A stretch of 63,168 nucleotides of DNA, filler included, from Platydemus manokwari (taxonomy: Eukaryota): assembly GCA_037951405.1 (NCBI GenBank). It is 6 parts of 6 records of this genome, joined end to end, with 100 filler letters (N's around TTAATTAATTAA, not from the genome) between each part and the next. Parts side by side here need not be neighbours in the genome. Positions count along the whole stretch, not along the records: positions 1 to 10,234 come from JBBMOY011155437.1; positions 10,335 to 20,017 come from JBBMOY011218433.1; 4 more parts are not named here. One strand, given 5' to 3'. Below are positions 1-11,135 of the stretch, piece after piece. The position numbers were made by a program, and so were the translations under genes. The notes under the pieces were generated by a model. It searched no databases and was not told where the DNA came from. It was given only the letters and a program-made list of their open reading frames with translations. Numbering within the stretch: position 1 is the stretch's first letter; each line of letters begins with the position of its first letter.

Positions 1-249
1 TATACCCAATGTTGTTTCGTCCTGGAGCCGTCGGGTCTTTTTGTCTGATCGTTTTGTATATTACCTCAATGTCGATCCGTCTGAAGGAGAAGTTAGGGCC
101 TCTCTTTGTATACTTCTTTAGTTCGCAAAATTTGTTACACGCCTTGCTACATGGTTCTTGCCAATCTGGTAATACAAAAAGAGGTTCTTGTTTCTTGGTA
201 TAGTGTTTCTCTAGCTCCTCCTTACTAATATTCAGGAAACTATTTCCTA
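1..249 (-). mobile_element. Non-LTR retrotransposon fragment, region just N-terminal to the RT core, running off the window edge
   Basis: The minus frame is open: GNSFLNISKEELEKHYTKKQE...FSFRRIDIEVIYKTIRQKDPTAPGRNNIGY. The I..E......APG.(D/N).I.Y pattern resembles RT domain 0 of LINE-type elements. Confidence 0.55.
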
Positions 250-1198
250 TAATATTTAAAATCACAATCTTTATTATTAATGACCACACAAAATTACGAT
301 TTTGGCAAAGTATATGAATGCACAGCAGCATAAACACAATTACTGCTTGATACCAGCAATGAAAATTTGATATACTCAATTTGAAATTGAAGAAATGTAA
401 CTCTAAGATATGTTGGACCTTTTCCTACCAGAGTTTGGTGGCATAAGTTTCCTTTATTGGTGGTCAAAATCTGCAAGGCAGTTTAGCTTCACTAGATTAA
501 ACTCGGTATAATATCATATTTGTTTTTCTTATTTATATTGATTAGTGAATAAGTCTCTTTGACTTCAATTACTTCATTTAACATATTACTAATTATATTA
601 ACGCTTGACCTAATCTTCTGTAAGCCAGGAGGCAGATATTTGTGGAATTCTTTCATCTATATCTCAAGTTATAGCAACATCGTAAATTAATTAGACAAAA
701 TACTGCAGGGGTTATTAGAAGATGTAAAGATTTATTACAAAACATAAAAATTTCTTGTGTGATTCTCAAAGTCAGAAATTCTGGTTTTTATAGCTCAAAT
801 TTTCTAAGTGGTAGTCGATTTTCGCAGGCATGACTATGTTCACTTTGTGATTTTATTTAGTCTAATCTTATCATTCCACGATCATCCCGTACTTCATCAA
901 TTACCTGGATAAAGTATAAAAAGAGAAAAGAGTTATGAAACAATAATAAAACTCATCTCCGTGGAGAATTTTTTTCTTATCTAAAATGAAAATGTAGTGC
1001 AATACTTAATCTATATCCTCTAATCGATTTATACATGGTTTTCTCCATGATGAGATGAACTCAACAATCAAGATAGACGCGCTCTACCACACCATAAAAT
1101 GAATAAAAAGGTAGAGAAAGTTATGCTACCTCTCATATAGATCTTATAAAAGCAGACAATAACAATAATAATAGAAATGCCTATCTCTTTCTTAATAT

Positions 1199-1380
1199 GT
1201 ATGTTGTGAGTTCGATACTACCGTTGAAGCACAATGTCAATCCGGTAGTTGCGTGCCCTTGAATACTATAAACCAAAATAATTCAATAAAAATGTGACAA
1301 TTTATTTCATTTGTCTTTATCATATATCTACCATGAAAGGTATATATCTATATTACTTTACAATGCAAAATATTTCAAAT
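1199..1380 (+). repeat. Dispersed repeat family A, copy 1 (hairpin core)
   Basis: gtgagttc-gatactaccgttgaagcacaatgtcaatccggtagttgcgtgc aligns with the copy near 30952. An A-rich segment follows in both copies. Confidence 0.75.
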
Positions 1381-3084
1381 CCATTTTATAAATGATTAAT
1401 CGTAATTTCACACTTATACCTAATTTTTCAATCAATGAATGTTTCAATTTTACACAATTACTCTGTTTATGGAAAGGCTAGGACTGACCCTTTGAATTTT
1501 TTGTCCTTATGAGAATTCGTAATTATTTTATATTCTTGTACCTTTTATTTTCCCAAAAAAATTCTGAATTCGCACTTATTATTTTGTTTCTGGGCTAATG
1601 TTTCTAGCAGAAATCTTTTTATATGAATGAATATTACGATTTTTCCAGAAAAAATATCGGTTGTTACCATCAAAATTTATTTCAAAATTACACGCGTTTT
1701 CTCGTATATTTAAACAAATTTAAGATTTATCTAACTTCCATTCCTTATATAGTATTTTCTATGACGGATTCTCAATAATTATATTGGTTTATTATTTTCT
1801 TTATCTCTATTGGATTTTACAAATTCGCTTATATTAATAATTTTAATTTTTTTTCACCCACATTATTGATTTGATTTCGCTCTCAAATAAGCCCACGTTA
1901 TAATTTATATTTATAAATTTTATTACTATTTATTAATATTATTATTCCGTTCTCAAATAAATTATTATTAGTGTTACTAATATTATTATTGTTATTATTA
2001 TTTTCATTTATTTCAAACTTTTATTAATATTTTGTCTATTTTTTCCTAAAAAGGACAATAATTGTATAAAAAATATCATTTTTGCACATCAATAAATTTT
2101 AATTTTTTACCCATCCAAAAACTTTCACATAAATTTTTACACAAAATATTCACAAATAAATCATATTCATGCAAAAATTAAAATTAAGAGTTAAAATGAA
2201 ATCAATAGAGTTAAATCACAAATTAATTGTCCTAATCAATGTCCACTTTCCATTCGGGTCTTTGTAGGCTTTGATAAGAGAATTGGAATTATTGCGATTT
2301 GTTTCTTATCATTTTATAGGCTGAAGACAGAGATTGAGATTATCCCTTGAGTACATTGATAGTTGTTGAATTAATTAAAATTGAGTTGATCCGGCTTTAT
2401 AACAATACCGACCAGTCATTATAGTTAATTTCAGTATAGGTAATCACTATTTTAGATTCTACCAGAACATCAAATTAAAGTTAACCGCACAAAACACATA
2501 TTGAATATAAATGACAATGCAAAGATGGCCTAATGCCAGCAGAATTAGATAAAAAAATCAGAAAATTGCTATCTTGATTAGGAAATCAGAGTACTGGACA
2601 GCGATTTTGATAGGGTAAAAGTTGTAATTACAATCTAATTTAACTTGACATGTATACCAATGGTCATTGGCTTTAAAAAGCAATTTATTCACCAAAAATA
2701 CTATTTATCTGCTTATTTCATACAAATCAAATAACTTCATCATTTTGAGTTTTAATATTAATTGTGAGTATTTTCTTTTGTAAATGTGATTTTGAAATCA
2801 TTATTCACGATTTCAATCAATATTAAAGTTCTTGACTTTTTGATATTTTGAAAACTAAAGTATTTCTGACATTATTAACCACCTTGATATCAAAATTAAA
2901 TTATACTAAATAGTACATTCTTAATAATTAGTCCATTGATTTTGGTGTTTATACTTAAATTTTAATAACAACAAGAGTAAATTTTAAAATATTTTTGAAA
3001 TAATTATTATTATGAATAAATATTTTATGAAACAAAACAAAGAGTTATTAACCATTTGTTTAAATAAATAGCTGAGCTTTTAAA

Positions 3085-4796
3085 ATGGAGACCATTACTG
3101 TAAATAGTGAGATATTAGATTAATAAAGAACTTTAGTAACAAATTGTTTTAGATTTGACAAGTCCAATGTCAATGAATGATAGTTCTCAAAAGTAAGTAA
3201 GCTTGTCAATTATTTAAATTATTAATATATTCAAGAGATGAAAAAGTAATATCTTTTAATAGTGGTTTATTACCAGGAGAGTCTAGAAACTCTGATAATA
3301 TTTTAGTTGGCATTGACTGCAATATAAACAATAAGTTTGATACACAAGTTGAAACAAACGACGAGAATAAACAAAACTCCGATGGTAGTATGCCATTGGA
3401 AAAGTTGCATGATTCATTAGACAATAAATTAGAAATGAATGAAAATATAAAGTAATTTTAGTTACATTTAACTATAGTATAAAATGAATTATGGTGATTA
3501 TATCTAACTAGATGAGCATAATATGGTATTATTAATATAGATGAAGATTTGATTTTGAAAAAAGTTAATGGTTTTTTTGTTATGATTTGTCAGTATAATC
3601 TTAGTAATTCCTTATTGAAAACAGTTGTTAAAAATTTTTTATTTCACTTGTATTAATATTTATTATAACATTGGTGATTTTATTTTAATGTTTTATGATT
3701 TTCTAAATTTATAATAAATATCGTCTCTTCGTATAGGGATAGTGAAGATGTAGAAATTAAGAAATATATAACTGAAATTTCTCGATTAAAGGGATTATTA
3801 AAGAAGCGCGATGCTCAAATTGAAACACTTACTAAAAAACTTAAGGTTAATTTTGTTTATTATTATTTTTAATGACCATTTTATATAGAGCAGTAGTATC
3901 GTTAAGCAACCTAAAAGTGATAATAGTGATTCTGTCTTGGAATCTGAAGAAGATGATCAATCAGAGCACTCTTTTTTCACTCCTGCAGGTCACTTAGAAA
4001 AGTGCGACTCAAAGTCAGTTTTTTAACAAGTGCTTTTAATATATTTAATTCTTCTAGTAGTCGCAAAAGAGGAAGATCAAAGAAAATAGTTAAAGGAACA
4101 CACTCTGCATCCAAATCAAAAGGCCGACCACGTAAATATCCTTTAGATGAACAAAGTTCACTTAGTGAACCTCCAGAAAAGAAACCTCGAGGAAGACCTA
4201 AGAAATCATTCACTTCTCACCCGACATTGCTTTCCTCGAACCTTAAAAAGAAAAAATCTAGAGGTAGGCCTAGAAAATCAGTTATTAATGATCAGAGTTC
4301 AAATTCCGCCGAGCTTAAAGAGAAAGATACTGATTCTGAACCAAGAGAAAGAAAACCAAAAGGTAGACCAAGAAAAACAATATTTGAAGATCAAAGTTCA
4401 AATTCCGTTCCTGAAGCTAAAGGAGAAGAAGAATCAGATTCCAAGTCTGAGGATAAGGTTAGCACTGCCTCTGAAGATTCTGAACCATTAGAATCCAAAT
4501 CTCCTGGAAGACCGAAAAAAAATCTTGCTATTCCGAAGAGAGATGATGATAAATCATCAGTTGACAGTGAAATAGTCGAAAAAAAGCATAAAAGTAGTCC
4601 AAAGAAAAATGTAATTGGTGGCACAATTGAGATTAAAGAAAAGCGAGGACGTGGTAGACCAAAATCAAATTCAACCAAGGTTTTTGAAAATGCAACGGAA
4701 GAAAATTCATCAACCGTGGAACATTCGCATGTAAAATCGAGGGGTCGACCGAAGAAAAATAAAAATCTCACTGATGATGTTGAAGATTCGATGTAA
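3085..4796 (+). CDS. Multi-AT-hook chromatin protein (HMGA/D1-like) with an N-terminal coiled coil, 416 aa
   Basis: Hand-built exons are 3085-3106, 3153-3192, 3236-3451, 3737-3845, 3889-4013 and 4058-4796. All introns are GT-AG (43-46 nt, one 285 nt) and the phases give 1251 nt without an internal stop. The last exon has seven GRP(R/K)K-type AT-hooks plus one KRGRSK variant. Exon 4 (EIKKYITEISRLKGLLKKRDAQIETLTKKLK) looks like a coiled coil. AATAAA lies just after the stop. Confidence 0.85.
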
Positions 4797-6699
4797 AAAA
4801 AGTTTATTTTGTATGTAGAATAAATGTAATGAAATCGTAATTGGAATCAAATTGATTCTTTTTAGATTATTTATGTCAATTTTTAAATATTTAACTGCTA
4901 TTTAAACAGTGTGTTAAATAATATGTGTCGCATTCAATGTTTATAATTTTAATAAAATATATTTAATATTTTTGTCTTAGAGCTGTTACTTTTGTTTTAA
5001 ATATGAATTACTGCATATTCTCCATTTAAATGATATCAGATAACATAAGTATTAATAAACTTGTGGATGTATTATGTCCAAAAACCAAGTTTGATTAATG
5101 TTGTATTAAGGTTAACTTAAATATTAAATTACATCAAATAATTTAAGAAAACAATTTTATTTGATTGAAATTTAGATTTGCTTTATTACATTCAAATTTG
5201 AATACTCCATTTAATGATGATTTCAATATTTGAAGTACAATGTTTGTCATTCACAGACTATCTTTAGAGATCGATTATGAGCAATGTTAAATTTCCAATA
5301 TTTGTCTTATGAATCTTGTTGAAGGTGAATCAATTTATTAACTCGATTAACATTTTTTAACAAAAAACCAATTATGGATTCTTAATATTTTTACAAATTT
5401 GACTTTTCTCATTCCGAATTAATAATTTTAGAAATGAATCTTTTATTTATACATGAATATTTTAGATGAATTTCTTTTGATGAATTTCTGTGAGTGTATA
5501 AATGTGAACAAATGAGGTACTAGGAAATTAAATTTCAGCGGTGTTATGCAGTGTCTTGATTGGTTGTTTAGATTTCTGTTGAGTTAATCATCAAATAATT
5601 ATCTTGAAACGATAAAAGAACATTGAATAATGTCAAAAGCTTATTTCAAATACCACTGCTTTACAACTACTATATAATACAGTTCACAATATGAGCGTTC
5701 AGACATTGTGACATTGTATTCTTGTCGTTCTAAAATAATTTCGAAACTTTAAAAATCAATCAATAAAAATGATTACTAAGTTTTTGATAGAATTTTTGCT
5801 TTTTGCTGTAATTTTTTGGTGAACATGTGTGTAGATTAAAAAGGTGCTTGCTATTGGGAGCATAGAGCCAAGAATCCTCTTAAATACAATTGAAAGCGAA
5901 TCCTCAAAAACTGGAGGATTGAAGCAAAAACTAAGTTTTATTCAATTTTAAACTTTAGTATTTTTTTTAATTGACCACAAATTTCTGATATGAGAAAGAT
6001 GTCTTTTATGAAGAATGAAAGTTGGTTTGTAAATGCGAATATGAAAGAGGTGTGTTGGAAAATAAGATATATTTGAATAATGAAACAGATGGAAATATTC
6101 TCAAAAATGACATTGATTATTGGACTTTATGTTGAACGTGTTGAGAAGCATTCAATGAAAATGACCCTTGTCAATCTGGAATATTAAAAAGATATTTTTA
6201 ATTTTAACAGACACACACGTGTTATCATGCATACATACACAACATTTAGCAAAATGACACGAACTATTACAAAGTACCAAGATTGTAGTAATAATAAAAA
6301 TTGAGTTCTAAAGATCCACAGATTGCAATTAACTTATTTTTATGTTGTTCCTTTGCTTCGATCAACTCTAATCCACGACTGAAGATGAGATTTTCAGCTC
6401 TAGCCACTGCTTTAATAAATTTATTATTATTTATCGAATGCTGGATCCTAAATTGCCTCAACTGCACCTCACCAAAAACTAATGACTTAATTATGAAGGT
6501 GATTATATTTAGTGAACTGATGTGAGACAGTATGGTACTTGTCAGTTACAATATTACAACGACTTATGATTGATATATACTTTTATTGATATTACACCGA
6601 CTTAAAATATACACTTAATACAAAATGATATTTTTGGCTTCTTATGGGTTTATAAAAATATTATGAAAAAGAAAATTCGTAGATTTATAAATGCCGACA

Positions 6700-7110
6700 A
6701 ATATATAAATAAAAATCGATACCTGACTCCAATGAAAATAATGAATACTGTTTAATAATATATAATTAAAATTATAACAAATACAAATTAATAAACTTTA
6801 AATTTAATAGACAACAAGAATAAATGAAACAATAACCAGGGTTCTGTTGTTCCCATAGAGATAAATTTGAGTTGACTGTGCTTTCGCCACAAGAGCCATC
6901 GGTGTTGAGTAATTTACTGATGATTGGGCCTATGTGTGTCAGTAATCCCTCTTGTTGAGATAAATTTACACTTCTAAATTAGGTTTAATTAAGTGAATAG
7001 TTGGGCTGACTCCAATCTATTTAAAGTTGGGTTAAAGATGTATAAATTGATTAATACAATGATGATTATAAAAGCCAGTTTAACACATTAAAATTACTTG
7101 AAAATAGAAA
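6700..7110 (-). pseudogene. Decayed member of an unnamed gene or repeat family (paralog at 26860-27260)
   Basis: Minus-strand peptides INLYIFNPTLNRLES, GLLTHIGPIISKLLNTDGSCGESTVNSNL and TVFIIFIGV align collinearly with the copy at about 27 kb. Stops and frameshifts are present. Confidence 0.5.
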
Positions 7111-7189
7111 TCAATATAAGTGACGAAATAATAACAATTTTTCAGTTATATTATTTGTTAATTCGTTTTTATACGCTTATCTCCTTTTG

Positions 7190-9290
7190 TTGAGTAGAGA
7201 CATAAACTCACAAAAAATACTTTTGCACATTGGAATCCTTCTTTTAGCACTTTAAGCATTTATATGACTAGAAAACTATATATAAAACTATGGTATGGAC
7301 CAACGAACCACTTAGAAAATACTTAAATGGAAAATTCTAATTCTAAAAATTTACATAGCCAAACATTAACACACTCATAGAGATCGACCAATTCATAGCA
7401 CTCAAAATCAATAAATCCAATTGGAACTTAATCTTTTTCCATTGTAACTTTAATCCAAATTCTTTTTAAAACTATTCCGCCTATAATCTTCGGTTTCATG
7501 TTCTCAACTATTGTGAATGATACTTGGTCTTTCTCCTGCCTCTTCGGAGGATTTTGGTAACTTGGGAGAAATTGCTCCCTAATTTCTGGTTTGGTGAATT
7601 GAAAGGTAGTCGTGAGGTTTATTTAAAAATACGATAAATAATTAAAATTTATATTTATCAGAATTATCAAAAATTAAGTGAAAAGATATTTAAAAAATTA
7701 TGTTAAAAGTAAATATACAGTATTAATATTTATAAGATAATCTCGTTAAACAATACTGTTAAACTCTCAGTATTAAAATTATTAAAATGATTTTGAAATT
7801 CTAATTAAAAAAAATATGATATAAAAATTTGGGAGTTTTTATATTTTAATAAAAAATGTACACGAATCTCTAGCGTTTTTAAAGATCCTTGCTGAGTAAG
7901 GGCTGAATTTCAATGATTTATTCTCATAACTTGTCTTCAGTGTCTCGGTTATATTGTTTGTATTTCTTGGAGTATGATTTTATATTTGACACTCGTTGTC
8001 TTTGATGTACCTTTTTTCCAAAACTGGTTCCCTCTATAGTATATATTAAACTCATTATTGGGATTCCAATTTCCTCTAATAATGTTTGGTTGTTAGTTGA
8101 AGAAGGCTTGTACCAAGGCTTGTAATTCTTTACTCTTTTTCAAGTGTATTATGTGATTTGCTGTGTAACACATGTTCCTCAAATGGTTTTCTGTCTCATC
8201 CGAAGAGTTTCTAGAGGGTATAAACATTTTTTCACCATTATACAAAGAAACATAGATAGAGCATAAACACCTTTACACTACTACGAATGCTGAGAATTGT
8301 CACCGTATTAGATAAGCAACTCGTTTAATTGGCTTTTTAAAGTGGTCAACTATAAATAAATTATTGCAATTGGAATTTTTATCCTCTTTTTGATATATCG
8401 CTCCTATCTCTCATCAGTTGGAAATTAAGAGCCTTTATATTGATTTAAAATCTTCTTGGATATAAATCTCCCTTTTCTAAGTCGTCTATAGTTGAGAAGA
8501 TGAACTTTTGTTTTAGCGCTTAAAGATTTATTTGGTTTGCCAAAGAGTTTGTTTACTTGAGACTGTGATACAAACTTCATCTACTTGATATATTGATGCA
8601 ATCAATGAATTGCATTCTGCGGGTTAAGGTGCTATTTTAGGATCTAAGGGTATGAGTTATTGGCTGCATATATCGTCTTTCCTTTTGGTATATAACAAAA
8701 ATTCTTGAGTGCATTCTGATTGCGATTGTATATATACCAACCTTCTTCGAACATTATGTTCCTTATTCCATTATTGCAGGTGTTATAAAGTCAAAATTAG
8801 TTAACACGAAAGCCAAGCGATTTCTTAGCATCTCTTTGTCTCTTTAACAGTCATTTAAGATAGTTTTTTGTTATTTTTCAAGCAATTGTTACTTGAGATT
8901 ATGATACAGATAATCTATTTTATTGTTAAGATAGCTGGGCAACTTAGTCTTGAATTTATGTATTGTAGTAGCTTTTACAGCTTCCTTCTCACTCAGATAA
9001 ATACCCTTATAATTTGTTTGTTATATCATCCGACCGTACGCGAGTACCGGTTTTCCTTTAAGTAATCTGATTGCGTCACTATTAGAGGTAAATACTAAAA
9101 CTATGGATAGATTTTTCTCTATAAGATTTTCTTCATTTGATTTCATAACTAAATTGTCCTTTGTTATACGTCTAATCTTAACTTGTTTCTCACCAATACA
9201 AAATGCAATACAATACATCAATATAAAAATTAGGCTTTTAGAACTAAAGAAAGATTTCACATTGAATCATTCAACATATACAATTTGAAA
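7190..9290 (-). mobile_element. Heavily decayed Ty3/Gypsy-like pol relic
   Basis: The minus strand is purine-rich with remnants resembling RT (PLDPKIAP for PFGLKNAP; YQVDE for YxDD near 8580-8650) and later pol regions. Many stops; boundaries are approximate. Confidence 0.4.
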
Positions 9291-9739
9291 GTAATTTTCT
9301 CAAAACTACAACACTACGGGGAGCTTGAGCAAGCATGGCCTCACGTGTCATCTTTTCAGCTAGTTTTATTATATTACTCGTTAGTCTCTTTCTATTGAGA
9401 TTATTGAGGATACGCCCAATCCATGGAACACATACACATCAATATAAACATATCCAACACCCAACAATGTTATTCGTTCATTCCTAAAAAACTCAATCCA
9501 ATCCTACATACAATGCCAATTCAACCACAAATAACAATAATATTTTCTCGATCTAAATTAGAATTAGAATATTCCTAAAATCTGAATCCCAATATCATTC
9601 AATCCCAATAGTATCCAAACATCAAAAACAACAATATTGACCCATGGAATCTTCAATTTTTATCCCAAAATTCCAAGCATATGAGACTTACAACAAACCT
9701 ACAACAAAAAATATAATACATAACAATAGAAAATAAATA

Positions 9740-10075
9740 TGATACGTTTGGGGGTCACTCTCTTTTTATTCTTTATTATTATTCTTTTTGATTGATAGAA
9801 ATCTACGTCTTATCAGTACTCTGAGTCCGTCTTGACCATCAGGTATTATTTTGACCTTATGAGTTTTGGTGTTTATTCGCCTTGACGAGCGCGACTTATA
9901 TGAAGATAAGCGGAACGATGTAGAAATCGATATTATTATTTTATTCCTATTCCTTGCCTCTATTATTGTTTCCTCACTATTATTATCAGTTTTCTTGTTA
10001 ATTTATTTGACAAAATTATTTTCAAAATCGGTGGTGAATGATAATGATGTATATATATATATAGTGGATTGGTGA
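9740..10075 (+). repeat. Dispersed repeat family B, copy 1
   Basis: atcagtactctgagtccgtcttgacc...cgacttatatgaagataagcggaacgatgtagaaatcga aligns with 28730-29040. Confidence 0.75.
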
Positions 10076-10234
10076 TATTTTTTAGTCCCTAGGTTTAAAA
10101 TGAAAATCATTAACTTATTTTCATTCTAGTTTACCAGTTTTATTCGAAATTAACTAAAATTGCTATCCTAAATTATCCTAAATTAAACTAAATTATTATC
10201 ATATTTAATTATAATAAAAAGATTAACTAAAATA

Positions 10235-10334
10235 NNNNNNNNNNNNNNNNNNNNNNNNNNNNNNNNNNNNNNNNNNNNTTAATTAATTAANNNNNNNNNN
10301 NNNNNNNNNNNNNNNNNNNNNNNNNNNNNNNNNN
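10235..10334. other. Artificial contig linker (44N-TTAATTAATTAA-44N)
   Basis: The same 100-nt block occurs five times. TTAATTAATTAA gives stops in all six frames. Confidence 0.97.
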
Positions 10335-10339
10335 TATAT

Positions 10340-10363
10340 ATGTGTGTGTGTGTGTGTGTGTGT
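10340..10363. repeat. (TG)n microsatellite at contig start
   Basis: Direct reading. Confidence 0.9.
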
Positions 10364-10537
10364 GGGTCGGTGGTTGTGTGTGAACCTGTGAGATTGTTCG
10401 AAATATGCGGTTAAATTTATACTGGTTTCAGATAATCTTTTCTTATATAATTTCTGAATATTGGAATCCGGTATCAAATAAATTGTGGTTTCCGGAGGTT
10501 CGGAATGAAATATATCAAGTATTTATTCATATGGGAT

Positions 10538-11135
10538 CAATTGAAGAATCCCCCCACTATATTCATCAATGGAAGAATTCCCAATCCAAAACTAATAAAA
10601 AATAAACCAAATATTAGATCAAAATAAGTACAATATTAACCCAATTTATTTATTGAGGATATTGCAAAGCAATGTGTTGACATAGATTTAGAAACCCATT
10701 TGCACCAAATCAGTCTCTCCACATAAATTCTGATTTGTATGAGTGTAAAAATTATTCCCAACACCCACGCATATTCTGTATTTGGGCCTTGAACTTGTTC
10801 CAGTTAGATTCAACATGTTGTGCGTGAGCTTCATTTATTGGGTTAACGAAGTTCACAGAATGATTAACTGTTCTGTGAGTATACCCAAGACCATGCAAAT
10901 TCTTGTATGATCTTCATTCGCCTGTGTGGATGATATATCCAGGTAGTACAACTTCTTGAATAAAAGGTAAAAGTATGTTCGCATCTCTTTTATCCACAAT
11001 TTCCGTATAACCCATTGGGGATCTTGCGCTGGCATCAACTTTACCCGAAAGTAGATGTTTAAAACACAATAGATTTATTGAACATGTACAATTGAAGAAT
11101 CTCCACCCCAACTTGAATCAATTGAAGAATCCCCG
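10538..11135 (-). mobile_element. Merlin (IS1595/IS1016-like) DNA transposon relic, C-terminal transposase half
   Basis: The minus frame from about 11046 to 10650 reads GKVDASARSPMGYTEIVDKRDANILLPFIQEVVLPGYIIHTGE*RSYKNLHGLGYTHRTVNHSVNFVNPINEAHAQHVESNWNKFK...EFMWRD*. This is the H.TVNH...FV....HTQ.IES.W...EF.WR signature of IS1595/Merlin. It has three in-frame stops and is flanked by CAATTGAAGAATCCCC-type repeats. Confidence 0.85.

Noticed and set aside
3977-4771. ORFs 3977-4213 (-), 4147-4491 (+) and 4391-4771 (-)
   Set aside because: They are antisense or alternate-frame shadows of the AT-hook exon.
10279-10290. Recurrent TTAATTAATTAA palindrome as a biological repeat or telomere-like motif
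   Set aside because: It is always centred in 44 N on each side, as expected for an assembly spacer.
10538-11135. CRISPR-like repeat array
   Set aside because: Only two pairs of 16-nt motifs around a eukaryotic transposase, with no regular spacers or cas genes.
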